Part shown: piece after piece, positions 12,810 through 31,224 of the stretch
How the letters are laid out: the number at the start of each line of letters is the position of its first letter
Position numbering within the stretch: position 1 is the first letter of the stretch
Assembly (NCBI GenBank): GCA_965202585.1
Contig: OZ241828.1
Span: forward strand, 61,566,001-61,630,000
Source of the DNA: Thalia democratica
Taxonomy: Eukaryota
Direction of reading: 5' to 3'
Length of the DNA stretch: 64,000 bases
Program-made: the position numbers and the translations under genes
The notes under the pieces: generated by a model
Database searches by the model: none
Seen by the model: only the letters and a program-made list of their open reading frames with translations
Told to the model about the DNA's origin: nothing

Positions 12810-14034
12810 TTTCTTGACTGAAAAGGTTGACTAGTCAAATTCATGTACACTACCTGAGTATAGGATTTAAAACAGAGATAAGCAACTTTCTAGTCATCAC
12901 AACAGATCTTAAATATTTTGTAAACATTAGGAGGTTTTATAAAACATAGACTTTCTTAGGACTACACAACACACTATAGACACATAACATTTTTTTTACT
13001 ATTTAACACCAAGTTACAATAAATGGTCTTAAAACTAGCTTTACAGCTTGTTCACAACTTAAGTTTTATTATACTTTACAACTTATTTGCAATCTGTGTT
13101 TTTAGTTAGTAAAACTTTTTACGGCTAAAAATTATGTCGAGTGTTTTAACCTAAACAAAAGATGCACTACACAAAACTTCAGAAAGTTGTAACACTGTTC
13201 ATTTCAATCTCTTTATTAACAGGAAAAGGCTTTTTTGTTTGAATAACTTTTTTATGCAGTTTGTTATGCAATATTTTTAATTGTTTTTTTTTTAATGCTT
13301 AATAAAATCCTTAATAAGAATTTTTACTCACAAAGAGTACAGAGAAAAATGTTTAATGTTAGAATTATAAAGATGGAAAGTTGCTACAGACTGAGAAAGA
13401 TTTATCTGGTATAAAGTAACTTTTTTTAAGTATTTTTCAATTTTTTTAATGTACTACTTTTTTCGAAGTGTTTTAGTTTTAATTCTTACTTTCTATAAAA
13501 ACAAGTATTGGCCATACAAATCTAAATTTTAACAAAGCTCTTCAACCTGACAATTGAATTAGTTTGCAATAAATAAACGATATTATATTACCTGCACAAC
13601 AGTACTCACAGATTTAGAGACTTGATTCATAGTTTTCTTAAACATAAAAATAAATTTTTAAACAGTTATCATCAAGTTAAAAGCTATATCGCACCTTCGA
13701 CAAAATCTAAGCAGCTAAGTTAGCTGCTATCTATAAATAACAGGTCGGAGTATTTTAATCTTTGAAAATTTGTTAAAAAACACTGTTAAATGTTAAACGT
13801 CAACTAAGAAACAATAAACAATGACTCTGATGTTTGTTTTAAATAATATTAAGAGCAAACTTGTAACTGCTATTATAGAAAGGCTTACTTTTTTTGTTTT
13901 TATAAATATGTGTTTTTATACTTATGATTTTATATAAGTAATTATTAGAGTTCTCAACTTCAGTTTAAGAAAAAGTTTATAGAAATAAAAAGTATACAAT
14001 AGCTACAATATTATTTTATAAGCTTTGTTTAGCT

Positions 14035-14530
14035 CAGTGGTCGCCAAGGTGTACACTGGTGCACACGAAACTTTTTTTGGGGTGCACGAAATGTTTAGGG
14101 TACACGAAACTCATTTAGGAGTGCACGAAATTTTGAGATTAAACAAAAGATACATAGAGTTTGAATGAGTATGTATTTGATATTTAATAAAATATTTAAA
14201 GAATACTGAACTGGGCATCTTGTAGTGATTCAATGAAATGTTCAATTAATAAGTATGTAGCACAAAGCCATATAACTAAAATATTATTGTGAAAATAAGG
14301 TAAAACAAATAAAAAGATCAATTAAAAAGAGAAAAAAATAATTAAATTCAGCTTCAGTTGTTAAATGGTAAATTCAAACTGAGTTATGACTTTTAAGGAG
14401 AAATGCACTAATAAAAGTGTTTACGTAGTCCCACCACTAGCGGCGCTTATTTAAATTAGACCTTGGGGTGCACCGTTTTTATTATTTGCAGCTTGGTGTG
14501 CACAGTATTTGATTAACTTGACGACCACTC
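14035..14530. mobile_element. hAT-type MITE with perfect 8-bp TSD
   Basis: TIRs CAGTGGTCGCCAAG (14035) and CTTGACGACCACTC (14517-14530). The identical flank GTTTAGCT lies at 14027-14034 and 14531-14538. Subterminal GGGTGCAC(GAAA) motifs are repeated at both ends. Confidence 0.9.
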
Positions 14531-17500
14531 GTTTAGCTTAATAGCACGTTCCGGTAACTTTTACCGGGCCTTGAACAGCACTTAAAAACTGTTACGTGGT
14601 ATATGTTAGAAAATAATTTATTTTTGTCATTTTTAAAACAGTTGTTTCTTCTGCTGATATGTCTTGTAGGCGTAAAATACCTTACTAAGAATATTTTTAA
14701 TCCTAAGATATTTTATGCTGATAAAAAAAACATTAATTAATGATTTATTATAAACATTACAACGCAAAGGATAAAAACAGTGAAGTTTTAGTTCTATATA
14801 AAATAGTATATGTATAGACTATAAGTAGATAAACTTAATTTTGTTAAACTGTTTATCTAACTTTTACAGAAGTTCCTACAGTAACTTCTTAGCATTGGTT
14901 AAATAGATTTTTTCTAATTAAATAAGTTTGCGCTCTAAAACAGAATACGTACTAAGTTCTTATATCGAATAAATGATATTATATCGTATTATTTTTTATA
15001 AATTAAAATGTAGTTGTACCACACTAGCTTTTACAATACTTTGAAAGCTTTCGACATATCTACTTAAAAGTGATTTTGCTTTTAAATCATAAAGAAGTTC
15101 TTAAAACATTTATTCAAAAATTTTTAACTCTTCTAATTATAAAAATACAACAGTTGTATACAAAACTTATCAAAGGTAAAATTAAAACTGAACTTTAGAA
15201 GAATTTTTTCAACGCATTTTTGTAACCAAACTGTAGTTGTGTATATAAACCAAGTAAATCTCTAAACCATATAAAAGTGATAAACTATAAAAAAACAAGT
15301 AATAAAGTCTTATACTTTCTTAAAGCTTTTAGCTTTACAATTTTTATGAATAGTTAACTAATTGTTTTTTATTCTTAATCTAAAACCACTACGGTTTTAT
15401 AAACTGCTGCAACAAATTAAAAAAGCCTTAACATTTAGTTTTTTTTTTGAGTTAACAAAAGTGCACGATTTGTTTGCAAAAAAGGTAACTTAGATAAACA
15501 AGCACACAAATGTTAGTCCGTCAAAATAACTAGTTTTACTGAGGCCAGCTGACTTTTTTTTAAACTAAACAAAACGATTACAATAATTTACAATGTAACT
15601 TCTCAGTAGAAATCACTTTATTCTAAAAGTTTATTATACTTTTAATAGATGTTTAGGTTTTCAAACGACTACCTAGTATTAAATATACTTGTTAAAACAT
15701 TTCACTTTTAAACTTACTTAATTTGTTACCAAATACTTGTAGGTTTAAAATAAACCTTTTTTTTTTGGTGTAAAAGACAGTTTATATAAAGTAATTTAAG
15801 ATTTTTAGAAACCATAGAGTATTTTAGTTTAGAACAATCATTTTAAGTAGTTTTCCTTACAATTTACAAAAAAAGACATTAAAAGCTTTTAGAAAATAAT
15901 AGTTTAGACTTTTAAAGTAGCTTAAATTATTTAGAAATATATTTTGGAAACTTATAGTATTTATATTTATAGTACTTTTTTTAACAACTACTCGTTTTAA
16001 TTTAACAACTACATTCATTCTGAATAACTTAAGAAGTTTATGTACCAAAAAAGAACTAAAACTTTTTATTTTAGTTTAAAAAAATATTAAATACATTATT
16101 TATGCTTATACACATGTGATACAAAAATTACTTTAGAAAATTTAAAATACAAAAGCTTATAAAAATTGACAATTATCATCACATTTATATTTATTTAAAC
16201 TAGTTGCTTTTAACGTTAAAAAATATTTGTTAAAGAAATCTTTATTAAACACTTAAGCTTTGTTTAATAGTGCTTAATAAATAATCATTTGTCAATCAAC
16301 TATCTGCAAACAACAACATTTTTGGAGTTCTTATAAAAAACAAATTTAATAGCATCTTTTAACTTGAATTTAACATTTTAGTTTTCCAAGAAAATAAAAG
16401 TGGTATTAACGAAAATATTTATTTAAATTTATAATAGATTCAATAATTTAATTTTTACTTTAAGGTTCTGAATAGATACAGCAAATAAAAGCAATTTTCA
16501 AATACAAGATTTTCAAATTTTGTTAAGAACATAAAGTATGAAGTACCTAACTCAAAAAAAGTGTTTTTTGTAAAAAAACGTGAATATCTAGTCTTTGTTT
16601 TTACTTGCTTAAAGTTTTACTTATTAGAAACTTTTGTATAATGTTCTTGAAAAAGATGTTTGCAAAAAATGCAATGTGAATACTAAGTATATTAAAGTAA
16701 TAAACTATAAAGGAAGGTTTTGATAAACCTTAAAAAATTTACTAGCTATTAGAATGGAATACTATAGCCCTTTTTATTTTATAGCTTTTAAAAGTATACT
16801 AGAGTAAAATACTCGAACTGCTTCTTTATTGTTACGTCACATTAACTTTTACAAGCACAAAGTCATTCTATTTAATTTAACAACGATTGTTTCAGATTTT
16901 AAACATGTTTAAAAAAATCCAACAATAATAATTTTTTCTTTTTTTTTTTAGGGTTTATTAACAAAATTGTTATGAAAAACATTGATAATTAAACTAATAT
17001 AATACTAACAATTAATATTGACCTAACAAAATATGTGGTCAATTTTTTTGTTGCAAATACCTAGTTTTTATTTACTGAATAAGTTTTTTTTAATGTAACA
17101 CTAAACTAGAATATTAAACTACAAGGAAAAAAATATAAGGCAAACAACCATCTTAGATATGTTTTTTAACCGAAGTAACTTTATATTTTAATTAAAATTT
17201 CGACTTAAAGCTGTTATCAAGTGGAGCTTATGTTTATACTGTAAACTTATTATTGTTAGCTTAATATAACTAAGTTTATAGTCCCTTTTATTCATTAAGT
17301 TTTTAAATGTAAAAACACATAAAAGTACTTAAAGCTGTAAAATAAAGTCGAAATAGTTTATGATAAAAAAAGAAAATAATTTTATTAAAGTTTATTTTAT
17401 CGACATTTACTGTCATTCAATAAATGGTTTTTAATTTGTACATATATTTATTTTAGTATATATATAAAGACTTTCAACTATGAACAAAACAAGTTCTGTT

Positions 17501-20500
17501 TTTTTAAACACTTAGCATTTTAAATTAAAAAAAAATCAAAAGTTTTAGGAAATGTTTCGATACAATTTGTTAACAATCAGAACAATACAAAAAACTAAAA
17601 AGTTTACTAAACTTATAGATCTAGGAGATTAAATATGCATAACGTTAAATGGTCAATTTAAATCTTTGAACAGTTTAAAAAAAATTAAATGGTCAATAAT
17701 AATCGTCAACGTTAGTACAATGGGTGTCAGATGTAGATAAACGATTTTAAGTATATTTTCTGATCTACTTTCTTCAAAAATTAAATAACTTAAAAGCTGT
17801 TTAACCTCATAATTATTTTATAAACATGTTTTTATTTAAAATTTTTTGTTGATTAAGAATAAGTAGCCTATCCAGGCATCCAAATAGTTAAAGTATAAAT
17901 CATAATGACATAGAACCGTAAAATTAGTCTTTTAACAAAATTTAATAAAACTTGAACAACGTTTTATTAACAAATACTAATTTCAAACGTTACAAACTCT
18001 TTTAGATACCTAGTATTTGATTTAAATTAAACATCAAATACTTGTTGACCTATTATGTTTTTGAAACTCTAATTTTTTTTTATATTGTAAACAATAACAA
18101 GTGTTTTAAACCATATTAGTTTATAACTTAATTTTTTTTTGTGAATTAAAAAGTAGGGTTTTTTTTTGAAATTAAAAAAAAAACTTTAAACTTTTTCGTT
18201 ATTTTATGTTATGTTTAAAGTTTTAGATTAAAGGTACTATACAAAAGTACAACCAATAGTTAAAAAAATTAGACAGTTTAAAAACTTTTTTCATGTGAGT
18301 AATTCTCCTGCAGCCTTCTTTACAAGGCGTTAATTATTTAAAAAGAAAAGTTCAAGTACTTTTCATTAAATAAATAATTGCAGCTGAATAAAATAAAAAC
18401 AAGTAAGTATCTATACTTCATTAATCACATTGTTATGCCATTAAAGCATTTATACGCTGTTATAATAATGATAAAAGTTAGTCGATTGTTTGTTTTATTT
18501 TTTTTGGTATATAAGTTCTATTTTATAAAACATCGGAAATACTTTAATGCCTCATATAAAACAGAGTATAAGATTTAAAAACTTTTGTCTTAATCTCTAA
18601 AACAATATTGCTTTTTTTAAGGGCTTTTATAGGTTAAAAAGACTAAAAACATTAAGTTTTGTTTTTAAAGTAGTTTTAGTTATTACATACTTTTAAAAAT
18701 TGTAAGTAAAGTATAATGTAATATTGATTTATAAATAAACACTAGGCATCATATACACTCTATCATTAGAACAGAAAAAACAGGTTGTTTTTAAAGTAAA
18801 CAAACTAATTACAATTATTTTCTTTATTAATGATATTAAAATATTGTCGTAATAAAACAAAGTTAAAACCATAAAACTACATCAATAAGTTATTATAGTC
18901 AGTCTATATGTGTTATCTATGTACGCTTAAAACAACGACATCTTATAACTGTTTTAATATTTCTTGCAATTTTACAATACTGTGATTAGTTTATAGTACT
19001 TTAGTTTATGGTTTATTCTTTCGATGTATAAATTTAACTATCTTTCAGGAAGTACAACTTAAATGATACAAAAAGTGTTTATCTTTTCTAAAACAAATAC
19101 TTTTGCTGTGGTTGAACCGTAAAATAAGCAAATAAAATTTAAAAGCTTTGTGACAACAACAGCAACCCTAAGCTTTACATAAACATTGAAAACTGTTTAC
19201 TGTTTTTGTTTGTTTTTGTGGTTTAACGACCTTTTTACTATTTGCTTGTTTAATTTGCAGTAATTTAATTATTTGTTGAAAATTGTGTTGCGTTTAAAAC
19301 ATCCTTGAGTTGCAAAATATCTCATGCAAAATGTTATTCAAGCTTTTAAACTTCAATTTATTCTAGTTTTGTAGACTTAATCATATGTTTAACTTTTTCC
19401 ATTAAAGTTCATACTATAAATGAGGATTAAGCAACTTATTGCCCCCTTATAAAAATCTCTGGTTCGCAAAATAACTTCAGCTTAAAAATATACTTTGCAA
19501 ATCAAACAAAATTAAGCTTCTTCATAACAAATGTCTTTAAATTAATTTGATTTATATTACACAGTAGTGCTTTTTATATGACAATCTTATTAAAATTACT
19601 CTTGAATATACTTGTTTTATACTTTTCAAGTACAAAAAACTTTTATAACATGTCCACCAGCAAATATTTTGTGACAAATTTGCTGAAACGGCTAGAGAAC
19701 TTGTCCGACTACAAAATAACTCAAAACTTTCTTCAGTAATTATATACAGTTAAAAAATCTTTTTTAGGTGTGAAACTATTAAGGTTGACAAAGTTTCATA
19801 ATTAACTTATTAATATTTACTTCTTATGATCAAACTAAACAACAAACTTTTTTTTCTTGACTTAAAGCAAATATTTTTGATAACTTAATTAAGAACTATT
19901 TTAAGTATTTCTATTAAAGTATGTTCATTTGATGCTATAATGTTAAAGAACGTTTGTTAGTAAATATTTAATTTTTATGTAACGGTTTTTGTATGTTTGT
20001 CAGTAAACTTAAAGTAATTAACAATTTAATTTTAGTTTTGTCAAAGAATTTACAAACAAATTAATTCTATGTAAAAAAATTTTTTTTTTCAATTTTTTTA
20101 TTAGTAACTTGTTGTTACAATGTTATACGTATTTACGTTGTTAAACTATTCCAACTTAAATCATTACTTAAAATATGACTACAAACATGTTTTAACAGTT
20201 TTTATTCTTCATATAAAGTTCAGTAATGAAAGTTTTCAAATATCATTGTCAGGTAAACTTTTATTTTAATTTTGAACTTAAAACAACAACAATCATTGTC
20301 ATATGATAGTTTTTTCCTATAACATGTTTGTAATTTGCAAAAAGTTAATGAACTTGCATTTTGTTTGTTTACTTTTTTAAGCAGTTGCTACAAACATTGT
20401 TTACTTATTTATTTGTTTAATTGATTGCATTCGTGCCAAAACAAAAGGGTTTGAGTGAATTATTAATAAATTTAAAGGTATAAAACACGAGAAAAGACAA

Positions 20501-21112
20501 AAATAGTCATTATAACTAGCTATCGAAGCAAAAGTTAGAAATTTTTTAAAGTCAAACAAAGTATAAATTTTTAACAAATGATAAGAAATCAGATCAATTT
20601 TAGGTTTAAAACGAAGTATAAATAAAACTCTTTAGTCCATTTTATTACTGTAAGTCTAAACACTTTTTTAGTCTTCGAATTTTACAATAAATTTTAAAGG
20701 AATAAAAAAAAAAGTCATGTAAAAATTAATTGTTCAATTCAAGTAGGATGTATTTTAAGTGAATCTTGATTATAACTACAGATGAGCATACAAGTTTTAT
20801 GTCAAAGCTATCAAATTCTATTTTGTTTAGTATTGGTAATTTTTAACTTTAAAAGTCTTTACATTCTAAATTTCACCGAAATAATCAAGTTTACAAACTA
20901 TTATAAAATACGAAATTTGAAATTTAAATGAAAAATGAAACTGTGAAATAATGCAATAGAGTAAGTAAATAAGTTATGACTTTGAATGCTTTTGTACATA
21001 AAAATATTTAATCATAAATAATGTTCTAATAAAAACTAACAGATGAGATTATTACTAGTAAAGTTATTGGTTTTAGTATCTAATAAAACAATTTTTTAAT
21101 AATATTTTACAG

Positions 21113-26009
<4,897 letters not shown>

Positions 26010-26450
26010 TCATGTAAGTTTTCTTACGTCACAATAGTAATTAATATGTTTTCAAAAATTTTTATCATATTAGTTTAACTACTTGAAAACAAGTATATAC
26101 TTCTAGTTTAGAATTAAGTTTGGTAGGTTTTACATCAAATCTAAGAATTCTTATTTCATAGACACAGCAATGTCAGTTAATATCGATCGAGTTAATATAA
26201 AAAAAAAATGTTAATAAGCGAAATAGTAGATAAACTATAACTTTTCAACAACTTTTAATGAAAAGTTTGAGCCTAAATTACACTAAATATAAGTTTACGA
26301 TTAAACTTCTATTTATTGAATTTATTAAAAGTTAGTCTTTTTTTACAGATTAAAGAGAACAACGACAGCTAAATTCTTTCCATGACATTTATATTTAATA
26401 ATTTTTGTATTTACGTTTTTCTTTTTTTATCGTAACTTAAAAATAAATAA
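26010..26450 (+). other. Cathepsin L 3' UTR with a probable UTR intron (26014-26348) and polyadenylation signal
   Basis: GTAAGT lies 4 nt after the stop codon, a ttttttacag acceptor ends at 26348, and AATAAA is near 26443. Confidence 0.55.
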
Positions 26451-26784
26451 TGTTCCAATTTAGACTTTTAGTGACATTATGTTTTTTCGTATAAAATATA
26501 GAAATAAAAACTTAAAAGAAAACTTAATATTTGATAAGTTAAACTAGTTTTTCAAACTTTTTTTTTCCTAAAAGCACACTTTGCAGAAACTTTAGTAATG
26601 ATTGTCCGTTTACTAGTTAATTTCACATTTATTTTTACGTCAAAGTACTAACTATTGCCTTCGGATAAAAAATTTCGCCCGTTTTTTGAATTTTTGAGCT
26701 GAATTAATTTAGTGTTGTTACAACATGATTTAATATTTTCACTTTTATCTCCTAATATAATGTTTAAAACCTTTGTCGAATGAA

Positions 26785-29700
26785 TTATACCTACATTATA
26801 ATGACTAAAACAACATTTGTTTATTTTCAAATGCTGCTCTAGTCATTAAAATATAAGTCAACATAAATACAATATGTATTAGTATCACAAGTAGTTGCTT
26901 AAAATGGCTTTAATAGTTTTACTTTCCTGAATCTTGCAGAAATAAATTATCGTTTTTTTTTCTTTTAAAATGATGTTCTTACACTTTTTTATCTATATTA
27001 AGATAAACTTAATTATGATAAGATATGAGTGACAGAGTTTTATCAAAATATAAAGAAAAATCATGAAAGAACTTTAATAAAGAAAGAATAAATAAAGAAA
27101 ATATGAAGAACTCATAATAAACCCTTTATATAAGTTATAGTTTTTGTATTAACAAAATGAAAATAAAATTAATATTAGTTTATTAGTCATACTCGAACAC
27201 AGCTTAATGTCATTTACTTTCAGCTTTACAGTAAATTATAACAAAGTTCTGTTGAATACTTAATCACAAAATATAGTATAAAAACCAAAACTTTTGTAAG
27301 CGTTTACCTATATCATAACGACTAAAACAACATTTATTTAATTATCTAACAAATGCTGCTCTAGTCATTAAAATACAACTAAACTTAAATAAGTTTTTAT
27401 AATATAGGTTTAAAGTTTAAAATGTCATATTAGCTATACCGCAAAATTAATAAATAAATGTTTAGCAAAAATATGGTTTTCCAAACTCATTTCAATAATT
27501 GCCTAATTACAAATATTAGAAAAACTATTATATATTACCGAATTACCAGTTAATTACCAATTTACTTTATCACATTAGTTATCTCCCCAAAGATTGATAT
27601 CGCTCGCTATAGAAAACCCCGTTTTAAAATAAAGAACAAACCATAAGTTCGGAAAGCTAAGCTTCTTTATATTTGATTTTTTTTACTAACAATGTGTTGA
27701 TGACGTAGTTATCAAATACATGACATCATTCTTTGTCTGTTAAATTTATTCAAACAAAATCTAAAACCCTTTATACTTGTCGAACACGAAATAATAACTG
27801 TTGGACTCTAAAATTAATGCCTTAATAAAAAGTTGCAAAAAAATGTGTAATTGTATCTACCTGTATGTAGATTACTTAAACAACATTTGTATAAACATCT
27901 AACAAATGCTGCTCAAATCATTAAGTTACAAATTGTAAGCATCAAAACAAACTTATGAAATTTAGTTGAAAACTTATCTATGAACGAGCTTATATATGGA
28001 AAGTTTATCGTTACAAAATTTAACTAAAAATAAAGAAAACTTAAGCTAGAACGGGATTAAAACTTTTATTTATTATTTTTGCTAAAAAATTATATTAAAT
28101 AAGAAAAACAACAAGATTTTATAATGATTAATGAAAAAATATGCATTTACAGTTTATTTTTTTTTATTTAGAAAATTAGTTAAAGTATATTTTATTTTTG
28201 TTTCATATAAGGAACTTTTTCACCTTTTTAAGGTTAAAGAGAACAAAACTATTCTTAAAGCTGTAAGGTACGCTTTTTTGCTTGGTATCAAAGTGCGTAC
28301 CTCATCGGGTACTCTATCGTAGTTAAACTGTTGAATATGTATAACAAAAACAAAACGACTTTATTCTTTGTTTATTAAAATTACTCAAACAAAGCTTAAA
28401 GTCATTTACTTTCGGTTAAACACTATTTGTAAAAAACGTTTTTTGAAAACTCTTTACTCAATGTTCTAAGTTTAATGCCTGAAAAAAACAATAAAGTTTG
28501 TTCTATGTGTTTATCTGGATCATAATAACTAAAACAACATTTGCATAAATATCTAACAAATGTTGCTTAGTCATTAAAATACAAATAAACATGAATAAGC
28601 TTTGTTTCAAACATTTAACATGCGATCCAGATATATATATAACAAACTTAATTTACTATAAATTCAGAGAATTTATTGAGACAATTTTGACTTTTTACAA
28701 ATCGCAATAGATTGTATATTAACTGAAAAAATGGCTTTAAACTTTGATTAATACCTTTTTATAAACAATGGCTAAAGCCATTGTATTTTCAATTAAAAGT
28801 TTTAGTAGACTTATCATTCTTAAACCTTAATTGACTGTTAACAATAGTATGTCGAGCATGTTTTTCTATATCATAATGACTAAAACAACATTTGTATAAA
28901 TCTAACAAATGCTGCCCTAGTCCTTAAAATACAAACAAACTTAACTTAATAATAACAAATATTATTTTATTCAACTTTAAGTTTAATTTTAAGTTTCAAA
29001 CTGGACTTCCTTTTATTTTCGTTATTTACTCGTATTCCAACTTATACAACGACAGATTTGTGCATTAAAAAAATTTAATATTAAGTAAGTAATACTAGAA
29101 GAAGACTAGCTTCATTTAATATATGTTAGCAGTTAGTAGCGTATTAACTAAAAGAAAAGGACCTTAGAATTTGTTTCTTCCTATTATTAAACAAAGCCTA
29201 AAGTCATTTACTTTCAGATAAACAATAAACTGTAGTATACATTATTTATTTCATATTCAACTACAAAACAAAATACAAACACAATGTTTATGAATGTGTC
29301 TACCTATATTGTAATAACTAAAACAACATTTGTGTAAATATCTAACAAATGCTGCTCTAGTCATTAATATACAAGTAAACTTATAAGTTTTCTAATTAAT
29401 TGTTTGTATTCTTTTATAATTTAGACATTTTGTCATACTTTACCTAAATTCTAAGAAAAATACAGTAAAATAGTTATTCGTAACCACCAAGTTTCATGCC
29501 TGAATTTGTTTAACTTGTATCATAATGACTATAACAACATTTGCATAAATATCTAACAAATGCTGCTCTAGTCATTAAAATACAAATAAAAATAAATAAA
29601 CAACAATTTACATGTAGTCCAATGCAGCTGTAGACTGTGTATAAACTAAATAGAAATGACTTTAGTCACTGTTTACAATTTATCAAAACAAGTGCCATAA

Positions 29701-31224
29701 AGTCATTTATACTCGATTAAACAGTTTTTATTAAGCGGCAAATTTGAAACTTTACACGGAAGCGTATTTCAGATACGATGTAATTCAATTTTCTAAAAAT
29801 TATGATACGTATCAACTATTTTGATAAACTAAAATCCTGTAAAAGTAACAAATTTATTCAAATTTTATTAAATTACGCATCAAAACTTAGAAAACTAAAT
29901 AAAGAAATTAGCATGGCATAAATCTATTCCTATCAAAAAAAACTTAGCAACTTCAGATAATTAAAATAACAATAATGATAATCACGAAAAGCTTCACCTT
30001 TATCAATAACTCATTTATAAGTAAAACTTAACTTTTTAAGCAGTTAAAAATACTTCAATATCTAATTTTTTCCTATGTGTTTATCTATATAATAACGACT
30101 AAAACAAAATTTGTAAACATTTTAACAATGCTGCTCTAGTTATTAAAGTACAAGTAAACATAAATGAACAAGAATAATCTCTTTTTTTCATCTTTAAACT
30201 TAATTCTAAGTTTTTTCTTAATTTTACAACTTTTTTTTTTCAATTTTCTAACACACTAATGATTTTCCGATAAAAAATTGATGCACTTACAAGTTTTGGT
30301 ACAAAATAAAATAACTTTGGATATGTATTTGGGTATGTAAAATATTTTTACAAATATTTTGTGGATTGTGTATTAACTAAAAGCAAATGACTTTAACCTC
30401 TGTTTATTAATTTTATTTAAACAAAGCTTAGAGTCATTTACTTTTATTTAAACAGTAAATTCTGGTAGAAGGTCTTGCTTTCAATTTTAATCTAAAAATC
30501 AATTTAATTAAAATGTTTATTGAATGTGTTTACCTGTATCATAACGACTAAAACAACATTTGTATAAATAAACAACAAGTGCTGCTCTAGTCATTAAAAC
30601 ACAAGTAAACTGAAAAAACAAAGTTTGCACAGACTTGCTTAATTTTACGTAAACAAAACTTTTGTTACAGTTTTACAAATTCTTACCTGCATTTTAATGA
30701 CTTACAATATTTGGTCATAAAGTAAGACACTTTTGGAGTATATATTAGATTTATTTAAACAGTTTTTTGATCGTGTATTAACTAAAAGAAAATGACTTTA
30801 TTCTCTGTTTATTGATATATTAAAACAAAGCCTAAAGTCATTTACTTTTAGATAAACCGTAAACTGTATTACAAATAATTTTTTCCAATTATTCACATAA
30901 ATTTAAACTTTTAAGCTTTTCTTGAATTTGTTTAACTGTATCATAATAAATAAAACAGCATTTGCATAGATATCTAACAAATGCTGCTCGAGTCATTAAA
31001 ATACAAATAAACTGAATTGTAAAACATCATAAAATATCATTTTATAACTTCTTAATAGCATAATAAGACGCCACAAAAAAAGCTCACACGGAAACTAAAT
31101 ATTAAAGTATTTTAAATACTAAAAAGTAGTTATACGCTTATATTTACCGGTATTGTAATGGCTCTAACAATATTTGTACATTTATTTAACAAATATTGCT
31201 GGAGTCATTATGATACAAGCAAAC
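26785..31224 (-). ncRNA. Hairpin subfamily A, 11 copies; predicted 5p arm ~UUAAUGACUAGAGCAGCAUUUG
   Basis: Approximate copies: 26785-26862, 27302-27384, 27855-27935, 28509-28590, 28860-28940, 29298-29380, 29508-29590, 30079-30159, 30528-30610, 30930-31012, 31142-31224. The 27302 copy on the minus strand has 35 positions with 8 G.U pairs and only 2 mismatches. Confidence 0.8.
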
